DNA of 64,000 bases, from NCBI GenBank assembly GCA_951406725.2, contig OX597825.1, forward strand, positions 23,064,001 through 23,128,000, in the 5' to 3' direction. The DNA comes from Octopus vulgaris (Eukaryota). Position 1 is the first letter of the stretch, and each line of letters starts with the position of its first letter. Shown here in pieces: positions 14,544 through 27,539 of this stretch. The notes beneath the pieces were generated by a model, which did no database searches, was not told where the DNA came from, and saw only the letters and a list, made by a program, of their open reading frames with translations. The position numbers were made by a program, and so were the translations under genes.

Positions 14544-14581
14544 AAATGCTAAGAAGCCAAAGAAAATTCTTTAATGATTCT
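14456..14581. repeat. Perfect palindrome: ~40-bp arms around a (TA)n core
   Basis: agaatcattaaagaattttctttggcttcttagcatttgg-(TA)n-ccaaatgctaagaagccaaagaaaattctttaatgattct. Confidence 0.9.
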
Positions 14582-15726
14582 TTGTGTTAATGATTCTTTG
14601 TCATGTAACAGCACACCTTTGATGCAAATCTAATGAAATGCCTGTGTAATGTCTAAAGCCGCAAACATTGAGTAAATTATGCGTAAACTGGCGCTGCAAA
14701 TAGAGTTGCTAGAGAAACGATTGTAACGAATCATTAAAGATGTGTCAAAGAATCTTCTTTGTCTTCTGCTTGTCATTTGCATTATTTACTCTTCGCTAAG
14801 CTCAATTCACGATGGAATCGTTGCGAGACTTGGATTTTCTACACTTGGGTTACATACTTTGCCTGAAACCCGACAATGATGATTACCCAATATTCGAGTC
14901 AATGCTTCTATCGAAATACCCTAACCTTACACGCTACATGACCTTATGCATTTATATATATATATATATATATATATAGTACGTTTAAATATTTGTTGTG
15001 CAAGATTTTTTATGTGAAGTCGTGTGTTGAAACAGATATTGTTATATTTCGGAATGGTCATATTGCCAGTTTAGCCAATAAAAACACACGCACTATATAT
15101 TTGGTGTTATTTTGCTTCAGTGATATTTATTTTTTACATTAATCTTAATCTTATTTCGGCCAAAGTTCTTTCGTCACACTCCTGTGACCGCATCAGTGGT
15201 CCTTTGTTTTCTTCTCACTTACTTGTGTCTCTCCTTACTAACCGTCAGCCATTTTGTATTTCTATTGTATGTCTTCATTTGCGCATGCTTATATCTCTAT
15301 GTGCGTCTATGTTTATTTAGTGTGTGTGTGGGGGGGATGCCTGTAATATTTGTATCTTCTGGTTATATACATTCTTGTAATTTGTATTTTGTTTTTGTTG
15401 TTGTTGCTTTTGTTCTAATTTTATTCATGTGTTTACATCCACCCATTATTATCATTACATATGCTTGTATGTATGTATAACAACAATATTAGTAATAATA
15501 ATAATAAATCTAATCGAGAAAAAAAAAAAAAAAGAATATACATATACATATATATATATATACATACATATACATATACATATATATATATATATATATA
15601 TACATATATACACACATATATACACATATACATATACATATATATACACATATACATATATATAGATATTCATTTCTATTTCTTTAATTACCTGTGTATT
15701 TATTATGTTTGCAGGATCCACTATTG

Positions 15727-17081
15727 TCATATGTTGTGGTGTGCGCTATTGCTCCATTCTAGTTTTCTATTCAGGCTAGGTTTATTTTCTATTATATGTG
15801 TAGCTTCTGTAATTTGTCTAATTGTTGCATCTGTTCTATGTGTGGACAATATCTTAATCTCTATGTTATTGATTGATCCCCCGTGTTCTTGTTCGGCGTG
15901 TTGGTACAGAATCGATGAGCTTTTACCTTCCTTGAGTTGTCTCCAATGTTCATTCACCCGCTCACCAATGCTTCTTGCAGTTTCCCCTACGTATGTTACT
16001 GTCTTGTTACTGCATCGTCCCTCTATACATCTTATACTATAGACCACATTTCTGGCTTTACAGTTCGTTTGTGGGCTAAATCTACATACAGTGCAATAGT
16101 TATCCGTACAGAGAGTTCTACTAAAAGGATAGGTTCTACCAATTATAGATCTGATAGGGTTGCCTGGCTTTTCAACCTTAATTCTTAGTTTAAGTTTATC
16201 TAGGGTCCTTCTAAAGCGGTACGCTAGTTCACCTTCAGGGGTGGTGTCAACGAACATGACACTCTGGTATTTATGGCTATCATACCAAGAGTTGGCCTTC
16301 CTTATTTTCTTTTTTGTCCTTTCTATAGTGTTCCATGACTTGTTCCTATAGAGTGGGCAAATCCCATTCCTATCATTACATAATATATTATCAAATTTCT
16401 TCATGGCTCCTTTGTATACTCTGATCCTTTCTTTATGGCTGTAACCTGAGAACTGCATGCGGTGAATGAAATACTGTATGTGTCTCTTTAATTCTGTAGG
16501 CTCGCACATGCGTGACACATTTCTCATTATTCTGACGAGGTCCGCCATCAAAATATTGAATTTGGCATTGCCCGCAATGGCTGAGTTCCGGTGGATCAGG
16601 TATTTTGAGGCCATAGGTTTTGCATAGTATGAATGAAGGATTTGGGTTTTATTTTTCACAATTTCTAGCCAGAGTTCAGTGTCTAGTACTGGTAGTCTAT
16701 GGTTGGGGTGTTTAGTGGGGTAGTCTATTGTGACCTTAATACTCTGGTGGATGGAGTTAGCTATTTGCTGGATGCTCTCCATAGTATTAGTTTCTATTAC
16801 TATATCAACAGTACTTTCTTGTGGGGGTGCCTTTACTACTATATTGATATCATCAACATAGCGAGAGTACATGTTTACGAGTATGGATTTCTGCAGTAGG
16901 CATTCTTTAAGCCTTCTGTCCCACCATACCATGAAGAGGTTGGCCACATCACCAGCGATACTAACACCGATGGCTGCCCCCTCGTCCTGGGCATATATTT
17001 TATTATTAAATTTAAATGTGTGGCCTTTTAGGGTAACTCTTATACTAGCTCCTAGTGCATGTGCGATCATTTTCTTAAGTT
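15727..17081 (-). CDS. Penelope-like reverse transcriptase (C-terminal part) + linker + GIY-YIG endonuclease; open frame but 5'-truncated
   Basis: [29 protein letters not shown] (PLE RT motif 4), YSRYVDDI (catalytic YVDD), LPVLD, HSYYAKP. Then C-x4-C-x2-C, NVVYSIRC...[16 protein letters not shown]...LYQHAEQEH...EA..I...PSLN. The track's start codon at 17127 lies in the inverted arm and is an artefact. Confidence 0.92.
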
Positions 17082-17560
17082 TAGATAAACTTAAACTAAG
17101 AATTAAGGTTGTTGAAAAGCCAGGCAACCCTATCAGATCTATAATTGGTAGAACCTATCCTTTTAGTAGAACTCTCTGTACGGATAACTATTGCACTGTA
17201 TGTAGATTTAGCCCACAAACGAACTGTAAAGCCAGAAATGTGGTCTATAGTATAAGATGTATAGAGGGACGATGCAGTAACAAGACAGTAACATACGTAG
17301 GGGAAACTGCAAGAAGCATTGGTGAGCGGGTGAATGAACATTGGAGACAACTCAAGGAAGGTAAAAGCTCATCGATTCTGTACCAACACGCCGAACAAGA
17401 ACACGGGGGATCAATCAATAACATAGAGATTAAGATATTGTCCACACATAGAACAGATGCAACAATTAGACAAATTACAGAAGCTACACATATAATAGAA
17501 AATAAACCTAGCCTGAATAGAAAACTAGAATGGAGCAATAGCGCACACCACAACATATGA
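17082..17560 (+). pseudogene. Inverted duplicate of the GIY-YIG endonuclease coding region
   Basis: The second half of ORF 16871-17560 matches the EN domain on the minus strand except for a 3-bp indel (KVVEK vs KVEK). Confidence 0.9.
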
Positions 17561-18079
17561 CAATAGTGGATCCTGCAAACATAATAAATACACAGGTAAT
17601 TAAAGAAATAGAAATGAATATCTATATATATGTATATGTGTATATATATGTATATGTATATGTGTATATATGTGTGTATATATGTATATATATATATATA
17701 TATATGTATATGTATATGTATGTATATATATATATATGTATATGTATATTCTTTTTTTTTTTTTTCGATTAGATTTATTATTATTATTACTAATATTGTT
17801 GTTATACATACATACAAGCATATGTAATGATAATAATGGGTGGATGTAAACACATGAATAAAATTAGAACAAAAGCAACAACAACAAAAACAAAATACAA
17901 ATTACAAGAATGTATATAACCAGAAGATACAAATATTACAGGCATCCCCCCCACACACACACTAAATAAACATAGACGCACATAGAGATATAAGCATGCG
18001 CAAATGAAGACATACAATAGAAATACAAAATGGCTGACGGTTAGTAAGGAGAGACACAAGTAAGTGAGAAGAAAACAAA

Positions 18080-18124
18080 GGACCACTGATGCGGTCACAG
18101 GAGTGTGACGAAAGAACTTTGGCC
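18080..18124 (+). ncRNA. Hammerhead-like motif in the Penelope pLTR (mirror copy 15158-15202, minus strand)
   Basis: ggacca [CTGATGC] g gtcaca-ggag-tgtgac [GAAA] gaac [TT] tggcc. A9 is C and stem I has a mismatch. Hammerheads in PLE pLTRs are an established feature. Confidence 0.55.
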
Positions 18125-18238
18125 GAAATAAGATTAAGATTAATGTAAAAAATAAATATCACTGAAGCAAAATAACACCAAATATATAGTGCGTGTGTTT
18201 TTATTGGCTAAACTGGCAATATGACCATTCCGAAATAT

Positions 18239-18276
<38 letters not shown>

Positions 18277-18563
18277 AGGGTAAATAATTATTAATTTTTA
18301 AAAAACCAGCAATCATTTTCGGGCAGATTTTGGTATATAAATATAACCATTATTGGTAGGAACTTAAAAAAAAAAGTTTTATATATATATATGTATATAA
18401 AGTGGCAGGCAACAGGCCGAAAAATTACCGAAAAATTAGAAATAGCAGTCAAAGACTGTTTATTTCTATTTTCTATATATAAGACTCTACATACAACATA
18501 TCCATGTAATTCACATATGTAAAACAGAAGGAAAAAATAACGAACACAAAGTCTGGAGTCTTA

Positions 18564-18622
<59 letters not shown>

Positions 18623-20059
18623 TAGTATGTATGTCTGCGTGTGGATACAATATAAACAAATTACATTACAAGTGTTTGTCTAGATATGTATGTTTGAAGG
18701 CATTGCTATGCTATCGACCAGACTATCGAATGTTGTTATACATCGCTGGTCACAGTACGCTCCGTATTGTTTTAGCTTTCGAATGACGCTACGCCACAGG
18801 TAAAGTGAGCAGGACAACATTCACTCTCATCGTAAGGTCTTTCCGCCACAGGGTGGACCCACTTACGGCTGAGTGGACTAGAGCAACGTGATATGAACAC
18901 AACACGTCACTAAGTCAAGGAATCGAACCCATGATCAAACGATCGTGAGTGAAATACCGTAACTACTTGACTGTACACCTTCACACATATATGAGAGAAA
19001 TTAGTAGCAAACCGATTGGTGCTGAATGCTTCGATGCATGAATGTTTGACAAAATCCACATAGAAATAGAACACTGTAAACGGCTGGCCAGGCAACACAG
19101 ACAAACAATAGAAAAATATTTTGACAACAACAAAAATATTTTGACATACAAACGACTTCGGAGTCTCCTTCAACACATCTGAATGGTTTCCTTGTTTAAG
19201 TTATAGAATACTGCGATAATCCTGTCCTTCAGTTCATCTTTGGTGTTACAAGGAGTTTTGTTGGTCTGTCGCTCAATTGCGTGCCACATATAGTAACCAG
19301 AAAGGGAAAGTTTGGCTGCTATTTCTTGTATACTCTGCTACCACGTAACAGCTATTTTGGATCATTTATCGCAAATAGCTGTTACATGGTAGCCGGGTGT
19401 GCTAAAAATAGCAGAGCCAAATCTTTGAAAGTGAGTTACATTGAATGCACTCGCAAAAAAGACCTATGGAAAAAATTATTTCACACCGAGTTTATGGATG
19501 GATCTTTTAAGAAGTATTTACCGTATTTTCAAAGTCATTTTCACTTTATAATATTTTTTAAATATACCAAAAACAATTTTTGTAATGGTATTTACTTGAA
19601 AATAATTGTAAAAAACACTAAAGTATTGTCTGCTTAAAGAAAGCTAAAATATAAACACTTATTGTACAAACAACTTACATTTCTGAAATCACATTCACAA
19701 AAAATATTTCTAAAGGATTAAAATATTGTGTTTAACGATAAATCTATATTAACTATAAAAAAAACTCGTATTCTTTTATTGTAAAGTTCAAGTCACTAAT
19801 GTATCTAATCGGAAGGTTAGAGTTTTTTCCCTTTCAGGGTCAAGATGTTTCCGAAGTATTTTCCCATTATGCACCGTTTTGGGTATTTATATCTCCCAAA
19901 CCCCTAATATCTCAAGAACCAGTTGTCCGATATACGCGAAACTTCTTTTATTCCGTTTGTACTCACATAATCCATTGTATTTTCTCATTATGCGCCAGTT
20001 TCGATGTGTAACATTCCAAGCAAGCAAGCAAGATTGAAGTTCATTTTTAATATATTATA

Positions 20060-20840
20060 GATTATTCTAATTTTCTCTTTATCACAGGTTTTGTTGGAGC
20101 TTCTGGAGTCTTGCATGCGTAACAAACTTACCACCTGCAGCCTACGGTACCATACTGCTCATTCTTTTCAGCTATCTAACACTTTCCTGGTTATTCTGGC
20201 AGTGCCAAGGAAGCAAACCTTTTGTAACATTTCAACTAGGCACTCTATTCCAGTTCATTTATATTTCTCTTGATGCCTTCTGGTACTGTTCTCAAGGACC
20301 CAACAATAATTGGCACTATCTTCACCATCTTCATTTGCCATAGTCGGGCTATTTCGTACTTAAGAGGGCTGTATCTAACTATCTTTTCGCTTTCCTTTTT
20401 GCCTATTCGTAAGTAAAAGCAACATAAACTATAAAGCATATGTGGTGCACCTTGTTCACTACCAGCAGGTCTGGTCTATTATGCTCTAGCACCTGATCTG
20501 TTTGGATTGGGAAATCGCAGAGGATTTTGCTAGTCTACGATTCTGTCAGTCTGCGGTCTGTGCTCATACCACGTTTTACCTCTCTCTAGCCCACACTTTT
20601 CGCACAGTTTTCAATGTAGCACTTTCGCTACCTTATTGGTTTTGGACAAGTCTAGGACATTCGTTCGTGACACGGGCAATAGTTTCATCCACTATATTGT
20701 AGATGCAGCACAGCTGAGACACTTGCTAATTCCTCAGGTTCACCCTCCTGTTTGTAGCCAAAGCTTGAGCTTGCGCTGTTGCACGTGGATGATGGGCGCC
20801 ATGCACCGTTAGGCGCTTTCTGGATATCTTGCCCATCTTA
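20060..20840 (-). mobile_element. Decayed RLE-type non-LTR retrotransposon (R4/Dong-like), 3' region
   Basis: Minus-strand pieces: DETIARVTNECPRLVQNQ (degenerate CCHC), KVLH.KLCEKCGLERGKTWYEHRPQ, DFPIQTDQVLEHNRPDLLVV (RPD), KESEKIVRYSPLKYEIARLWQMKMVKIVPIIVGSL and LQKVCFLGTARITRKVL. It abuts a TTA/TTG/CAT array at 20838-20960. Confidence 0.85.
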
Positions 20841-20893
20841 TTATTGTTGTTGTTGTTGTTGTTGTTGTTGCTGTTGTTATCATCATCATCATC

Positions 20894-20946
<53 letters not shown>

Positions 20947-21120
20947 TATTATTATTATTAAGGGGTGATTAGATGCAGGAACAATAGACTGGTGAAGAAA
21001 ATGTATTGCTCTATTTTGTTATGTCGCTTGACTTCAAGATCCTCCTGGGACAGACTTTCACTTTCAATGACATAACAGTAAATATATAAAACTAGATAGA
21101 TAGCTAGCTAGCTAGCTAGC

Positions 21121-21206
<86 letters not shown>

Positions 21207-21486
21207 AAAATGAAGAGGAAAATAGATAAATACTAAACTTAAAAGAAAAAAAATCTTTTGTTACCACTTTATAGACTAAAAACAGTTTATCCTATTACGT
21301 TCGGCAGTTATCTCTATTGGAATAATGCACACAAAATACATCTGTTGTGTTATGAACTTAAGCAGTTCAAAGACTATGCATAAGCAACAATCAGGATTTG
21401 ATTCCTAGATTATAAATGCAAATCACTAATGCTTTTACATATCGGAATCTTCAGAACACACAATACAAATTACTACACTACAATAC

Positions 21487-21518
<32 letters not shown>

Positions 21519-21920
21519 ATATTCAAAGGCAACAGCTTTTTTTCCTTCTCTTTTTTCCTCCTCCTTTCAGCTGTTTAATGTGGAGTAATTCCATCCATAT
21601 CTAACACTGCAGTTTTGGTAAAGATACTTATCAGCGAAACAACTTACTTAACTCAATTCTTTGCTCTGTATTTAATTATATACAAGATAAAATACGTTTA
21701 TGCCAAAAGGAATTATGCATTCGACTCGTATGAACTTCCATCGGGTGATGATTATGAATTTCGCATTTACGCAAATTTGGCGTAGAGCAAGATGGAAGAT
21801 AATGGCGAAAGGAGCCTACCACTCGGTTTCAATTTCCACACTCGGTTCATATATATTTGGATTTTAATGACACTGTTAATATTCTTCGGATATAAAAAGC
21901 CGATATGTTGCAGCTTCCTG

Positions 21921-21985
<65 letters not shown>

Positions 21986-22138
21986 TCCCTCTTGCGAATT
22001 ACAGAACCGTGTGTCTCGGAGACGGAGCCAAGAGGTTCCATATGTAGTCGCTTGATTTGCAAGGAGGCAAATCAATTCTTTCCTTAAGTTACACTCTTCT
22101 TCACGAAGAGAAAAGTATATCATATAATGTAATCCTAC

Positions 22139-22386
22139 ATATACCTCACTTTAAGAGGACCCGCTTTACGAGACCCCGGGTTAACGAGTTTTATTTCATA
22201 ATAAATATAAACAGCCACTTTGCGTGTGTGACAACACTGGTTCTGACGTGTCAACACAGCAACGTATTAAAATGACGGCACAAAATTTCATTGCTACTAT
22301 GGGAAATTGTTGCTCTGCTTTACGAGCAATCGCTTTACGAGAGGTCTCCGGAAACAAATTAACTCGTATACCGAAGCAATACTGTA
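22139..22386. mobile_element. Decayed Tc1/mariner-pogo-type MITE
   Basis: The right end reads ta-cagtattgcttcggtatacgagttaatttgtttccgg on the minus strand. gctttacgag is repeated internally, and the left end is degraded (tacatatacctcactttaagag). Confidence 0.45.
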
Positions 22387-23699
22387 GTGAAAATTAAAAG
22401 GGGAGATCATTGTTGGAATATTTTTTTATTATAGGCCTGTTCTATCACAACGCATTGCGCAAGAACAAAAACATCTACAGTCAATACACTTTTCACTCAG
22501 GTACATATCCTTTTAGAATATTTGAAAGCAAAGCCGGACTGTGCAGAATTTGGATTCAAACCATAAATGGACATAACTGATATAAATGATATACTAACAT
22601 AAATGAGGTACTGTGGTCCTTGTTTTATGAAACTGAGCATATTATTGGTGCATAAGCAACGAAGTGACAAAGTTGATTGCGCATCGGACGAAACGCCTCG
22701 TGATATTTATTCCAATTTCTCTTTTACGATCTGAGTTCGTATCTTACAGAGGCCAGTTTTGCTTTTCATCTTCACAGGATCAATAGATAAAGTACCTAAC
22801 TAAGTTTAACAGATTGACACTTTAAGTCTAAAGGGAAGGTATTAGATGTTATCTATATTTGTCTCACAGCAAATGTGATATCATTCCAATGACCTGGCAA
22901 CTCTACGAAAGCGAAAATTGGGCAAATATATTCAATACTTGTCTAGTATTCGCTATCTTTGGAACAACGAGACATCGATAGAGATTCAAATGATCTCTCT
23001 TTACTCTTTTACTTGTTTCAGTCATTTGACTGCGGCCATGCTGGAGCACCGCCTTTAGTCGAGCAAATCGACCCCGGGACTTATTCTTTGTAAGCCCAGT
23101 ACTTATTCTATCGGTCTCTTTTGCCGAACCGCTAAGTGAAGGGGACGTAAACACACCAGCATCGGTTGTCAAGCAATGCTAGGGGGTCAAACACAGACAC
23201 ACAAACATATACACACACGCTTATATATATATATATATACATATATACGACAGGCTTCTTTCAGTTTCCGTCTACCAAATCCACTCACAAAGCATTGGTC
23301 GGCCCGGGGCTATAGCAGAAGACACTTACCCAAGATGCCACGCAGTGGGACTGAACCCGGAACCATGTGGTTGGTTAGCAAGCTACTTACCACACAGCCA
23401 CTCCTGCGCCTAGCTAATATCTTTCAATATATTAGAAATAATACCTGAATCTCTCTCAAATCACACATCATTACCAACCATTAGCGAGTGCCTTCCCTAT
23501 ATCTACATATCGGATTTCCAAAACTCTACAATTCCGTCAATGTTTTACTGCGTTCATACAACCAGCCTGGTTCTTCCTTCAAGTTCAATCTTTCATGTTT
23601 TCAGTCTACAAACATCATTAACTACCTCTTGCTCTCTGTCTCTCCATAAATTCTTCATAAGTATTAAAAATGCTTCTAGCTAAGAATACAAACATCTTT

Positions 23700-23800
23700 A
23701 ACAACCTCTTGCACTCTTTCCCTCTATAAATCCTGTCAGGATGGTTTTAGGTAATGACTCGCAGTGCATTAGATGTCCAAAATATGATAGCATGCAAACT
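23700..23800 (-). pseudogene. RTE-clade LINE C-terminal remnant
   Basis: The minus frame reads MLSYFGHLMHCESLPKTILTGFIEGKSARG, matching the RTE L.YFGH..R....K.I..G.IEGKR.RG motif. Confidence 0.65.
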
Positions 23801-24229
23801 AGGTCCTCAAGAGCTGTTGTATCGCAATACTACACAGTGACTGTGTGAGCTACGAAATCCTCATCACCACTGTTATGTCGCACGTTCGGATGCCTTCTAC
23901 TCAACTTTGTTCTTCTCTTACTCTAGTCTGCTCTCACCGCTACTCAACTGTTCTCTGACGTCTAGGTTTCTCTCTATATATCTACGTATTGGGCTAGCCT
24001 ACTTCATCGTCTTGGGGCGTCCACACAACAAGAACAGGTATCTATGGGTTTTCAACTTTTCTAGTACTGCAGCGATTTTTATCGTCTTTCCAGCTTATTC
24101 TGTTCATTTTGTGAAAGATCCAGAACTCAAACGATTCTATTTAAAACGATATTCATAAGTATTAAAAATGCTTCTAGCTAAGAATACATAAGTAAGAATA
24201 AATATAAATGAACTTCACTCCAAAAGGCA

Positions 24230-24400
24230 TAATACTGCGCCTAAAACTGGGGTTACAAAGTTGTTATATAATGTCAATTAACTTTCCCAGGGTAGAAACA
24301 TGGACAATGTATAAAGCAATGCAAAAGAACATAGACGTCTCGGGAATGTGGATCTGTCGTGGATTGGGGAGAATAAGTTGGAAAGCCAACTCACACATTA
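24230..24400 (+). pseudogene. RTE-clade LINE RT C-terminal remnant
   Basis: ETWTMYKAMQKNIDVSGMWICRGLGRISWK resembles the RTE ETWT...I.AFEMW.YRR.L.ISW motif. Confidence 0.65.
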
Positions 24401-24735
24401 CCATTCAAAATAAGGAAAGGAAACACTAGAGCACATAAACCTATTCCACTGGACGGCCATGTTTGGAAGGCCTTTGATTACAGGCCCACTGAGTCAAAGT
24501 TTTCCCAGAATCATACAGAAATAACATGCTTTTGAATGAAGTTTAAACTTGGTAAAGCTTAACACCGATTTGTTTTCGAATAAAACAGACTTGAAAGGGT
24601 CAAAATTTACAGACGTATACGATGTATAGAAAATAAAAATCAATCTTAGTGAGATTTGAAATCGGGATACGAAGGTTAAACCCAGCAAGGCATTTTATAT
24701 GGCGCGTTTCCATCATTTTAAAGTCATGCACATTA

Positions 24736-25119
24736 TCTCTCTCTATATAAACGGCAGTTTGTCTGTGCGTGTTTCTGTGTGTCTGTTTGCTTGTACCCTC
24801 ACCCTGACCACGGCTTTCAACCGATTCTGATGAAACTTGACACACACATAGCCCAATGTCATAATTCAAAACTAACGCAGCGAAAATTTTGAAAAGTTCC
24901 CCCAGTTCTGAAAAAAATCGATAAATTCGACATGGGGTCGAGAATCAGAAACACAATCCGCAAACTGTCTAGGGGACGCAACTCCACCTTTTTTTACTCT
25001 TTAAAAAAATTTACCATCATTTTTTTCCATTTTTTTGCTATTTGTTGGCTATAACTCTCTAAAAATGCTTTATAGTTATTTCCCTTACAAACCTGTGCAA
25101 CGCCGGGCGATACTGCTAG
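24736..25119 (+). mobile_element. Non-autonomous Helitron
   Basis: A|TC start (tctctctctatataaa), 3' caacgccgggcgatactgCTAG|T end with GC-rich subterminal motif, and no TSD. Termini are shared with 40361-40757. Confidence 0.8.
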
Positions 25120-25860
25120 TTTGTAAATATTTTCGAAAATCCAATTTAATTTAGCGTATCAGGAAAGTTTAAATCGTTTCCAGATGATGAAATAATTATT
25201 GAAAATATTCAAATTGTCTGCTAAGAGAAAGATTACATCAAGTGTTTTCATGGTGATTCAATAAATTTTGGAAGTAATATTCTTAACTTTAATGGTTTAT
25301 CAATGTCAAGTATTTATCCTCCACAACATCTTGAACAGTAGCCAAGATGCCTTCTTTTAAACAACGTATTTTCATTTTGAAATCTGAGCATTCTACAAAG
25401 AACACATTATACAAACACATACACACACACGCAAACGCACGAACGAAAATTTTTACATACATACATGTATGTATACACACATACATAAAGGTAATTTTGT
25501 GTGTGCGTGTGTCTGTATGTATGTGTATGTGTGTGTACGTATAACTATTTGTGCATGCGTGTGCGCGTACGTACGTATGTGTGTGTGTGTTGCAAAACAT
25601 TGACCTGCAATACAATAATTTCGAAATAAATAAAAAAATATATATAACCATGATATATATATAATTTGTGTGTGTGTGAGTGTGTGTGTGTATAGCTATT
25701 CGTATAGTGTGTATAGCTATTCGTATGTATGTATGTAAATATATATATATACATGTGTGTGTGAGTGTTTGTGAGTGAGTGTGTGTGTGCATGCGTATGT
25801 GTGTATATAGCTGTTCGTAAGCATGTATGTAAATATATGTAAATATATGTGTGTGTGTGT

Positions 25861-25897
<37 letters not shown>

Positions 25898-26281
25898 TAT
25901 GTACCGCGTTTGATACTTATTCGAGGTATACACATACATTCGTTCTGCCATCCTTCCATCCAACTATACATCAATACATTCATAGGAGCACACGCACCTG
26001 CTTACATATACACATCTGCATTAACAGAATTTGCCGCTGCAATGCTTCTTGCGAATCCAGTAAAACAGATAAAGAATAATATACGCCTTCATAACTGTAA
26101 ACGTAAATAAAATACCAAAACTAACCATGTTAACTTTCTTTACTGTCTTTCAGTGAATATGTTCTCCATCTTGAGAAAGACACTCTATATGTCATATATA
26201 TATATATATATATATATATGTTCACTTTCTTTACTGTCTTTCAGTGAATATGTTCTCTATCTTGAAAAGACACTCCATATG

Positions 26282-26335
<54 letters not shown>

Positions 26336-26515
26336 ATACATATATATATATATATGTATACATATATATACGTATATATATATATACATACATATATATA
26401 TACATACATATATATATATATGTTCACTATATATACTTAAGTATGTATATGCATATACATATATATATACACACACACATATATATATACATATATATAT
26501 GTATATATATATGTA

Positions 26516-26552
<37 letters not shown>

Positions 26553-26598
26553 GTATATATATATATGTATATGTATATATGTATATATAGATATATAC

Positions 26599-26684
<86 letters not shown>

Positions 26685-27294
26685 AGTGTCTTTTTCAAGA
26701 TGGAGAACATATGTATATACACATATATATACATATATATATATATATATAGATGTTCACTATATATTTCTTCAGTATGTATATGTACATATTCGCTGAA
26801 TATTATATAATGTCCTGTGATGCATTATGCTATTAAAAACACATAAATCTATCAAAATTGCAATCATTAAGCATCCGTTTAGAATCTATCATTATATTGA
26901 AAAAGTTTCTTTTCATACGGTTTTCGCTAAATGAGGTTTTTCCAGAATATGAAAATATTAACTACACCAGTGTACATAAATTTCTCTATGGATGAAGTCT
27001 TGATTGATTCTAAGTATACTGATGTTCTTAAAGACTTCTATTATTGCTGCTAAATATATAAGTAGTGGAGTGATGCTAATGTTAAATAGAATTTCCGAAG
27101 AGGACCGAGTGAAATTTAGACTAATAAACATTTATGCTGCCATTTTGGCAACCATTTAAAATGTGTGGATGTTTACCGTATGTCTATGTTTGTCCATATG
27201 CGTGTGTGGTAGAATATATATTTATATATATATATATACACATATATATGTATATGTATATGTATATATATATATATGTATATGTATATGTATA

Positions 27295-27349
<55 letters not shown>

Positions 27350-27447
27350 TACCACCTACGAAAAAGAAAATTTGCTAATGGCTTCTCTAAATTCTGACTA
27401 ATATTGGAAGTCATTATTGTACAACGGATTGTATTGATAGATGTGTG

Positions 27448-27488
<41 letters not shown>

Positions 27489-27508
27489 ATATATATATAC
27501 ATACATTT

Positions 27509-27539
<31 letters not shown>

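Larger units (their letters stand above)
14979..18246 (-). mobile_element. Penelope-like retroelement (EN+), 5'-truncated, with an inverted copy of its 3' part (inverted pseudo-LTR), inserted in (TA)n
   Basis: RT + GIY-YIG ORF on the minus strand. 15036-16202 is the near-perfect reverse complement of 17082-18246. (TA)n flanks at 14954-14978 and 18243-18271. Confidence 0.93.

Noticed and set aside
16871-17560. 229-aa plus-strand ORF as an independent nuclease gene
   Set aside because: It is a chimera of antisense RT sequence and the inverted EN copy created by the inversion junction.
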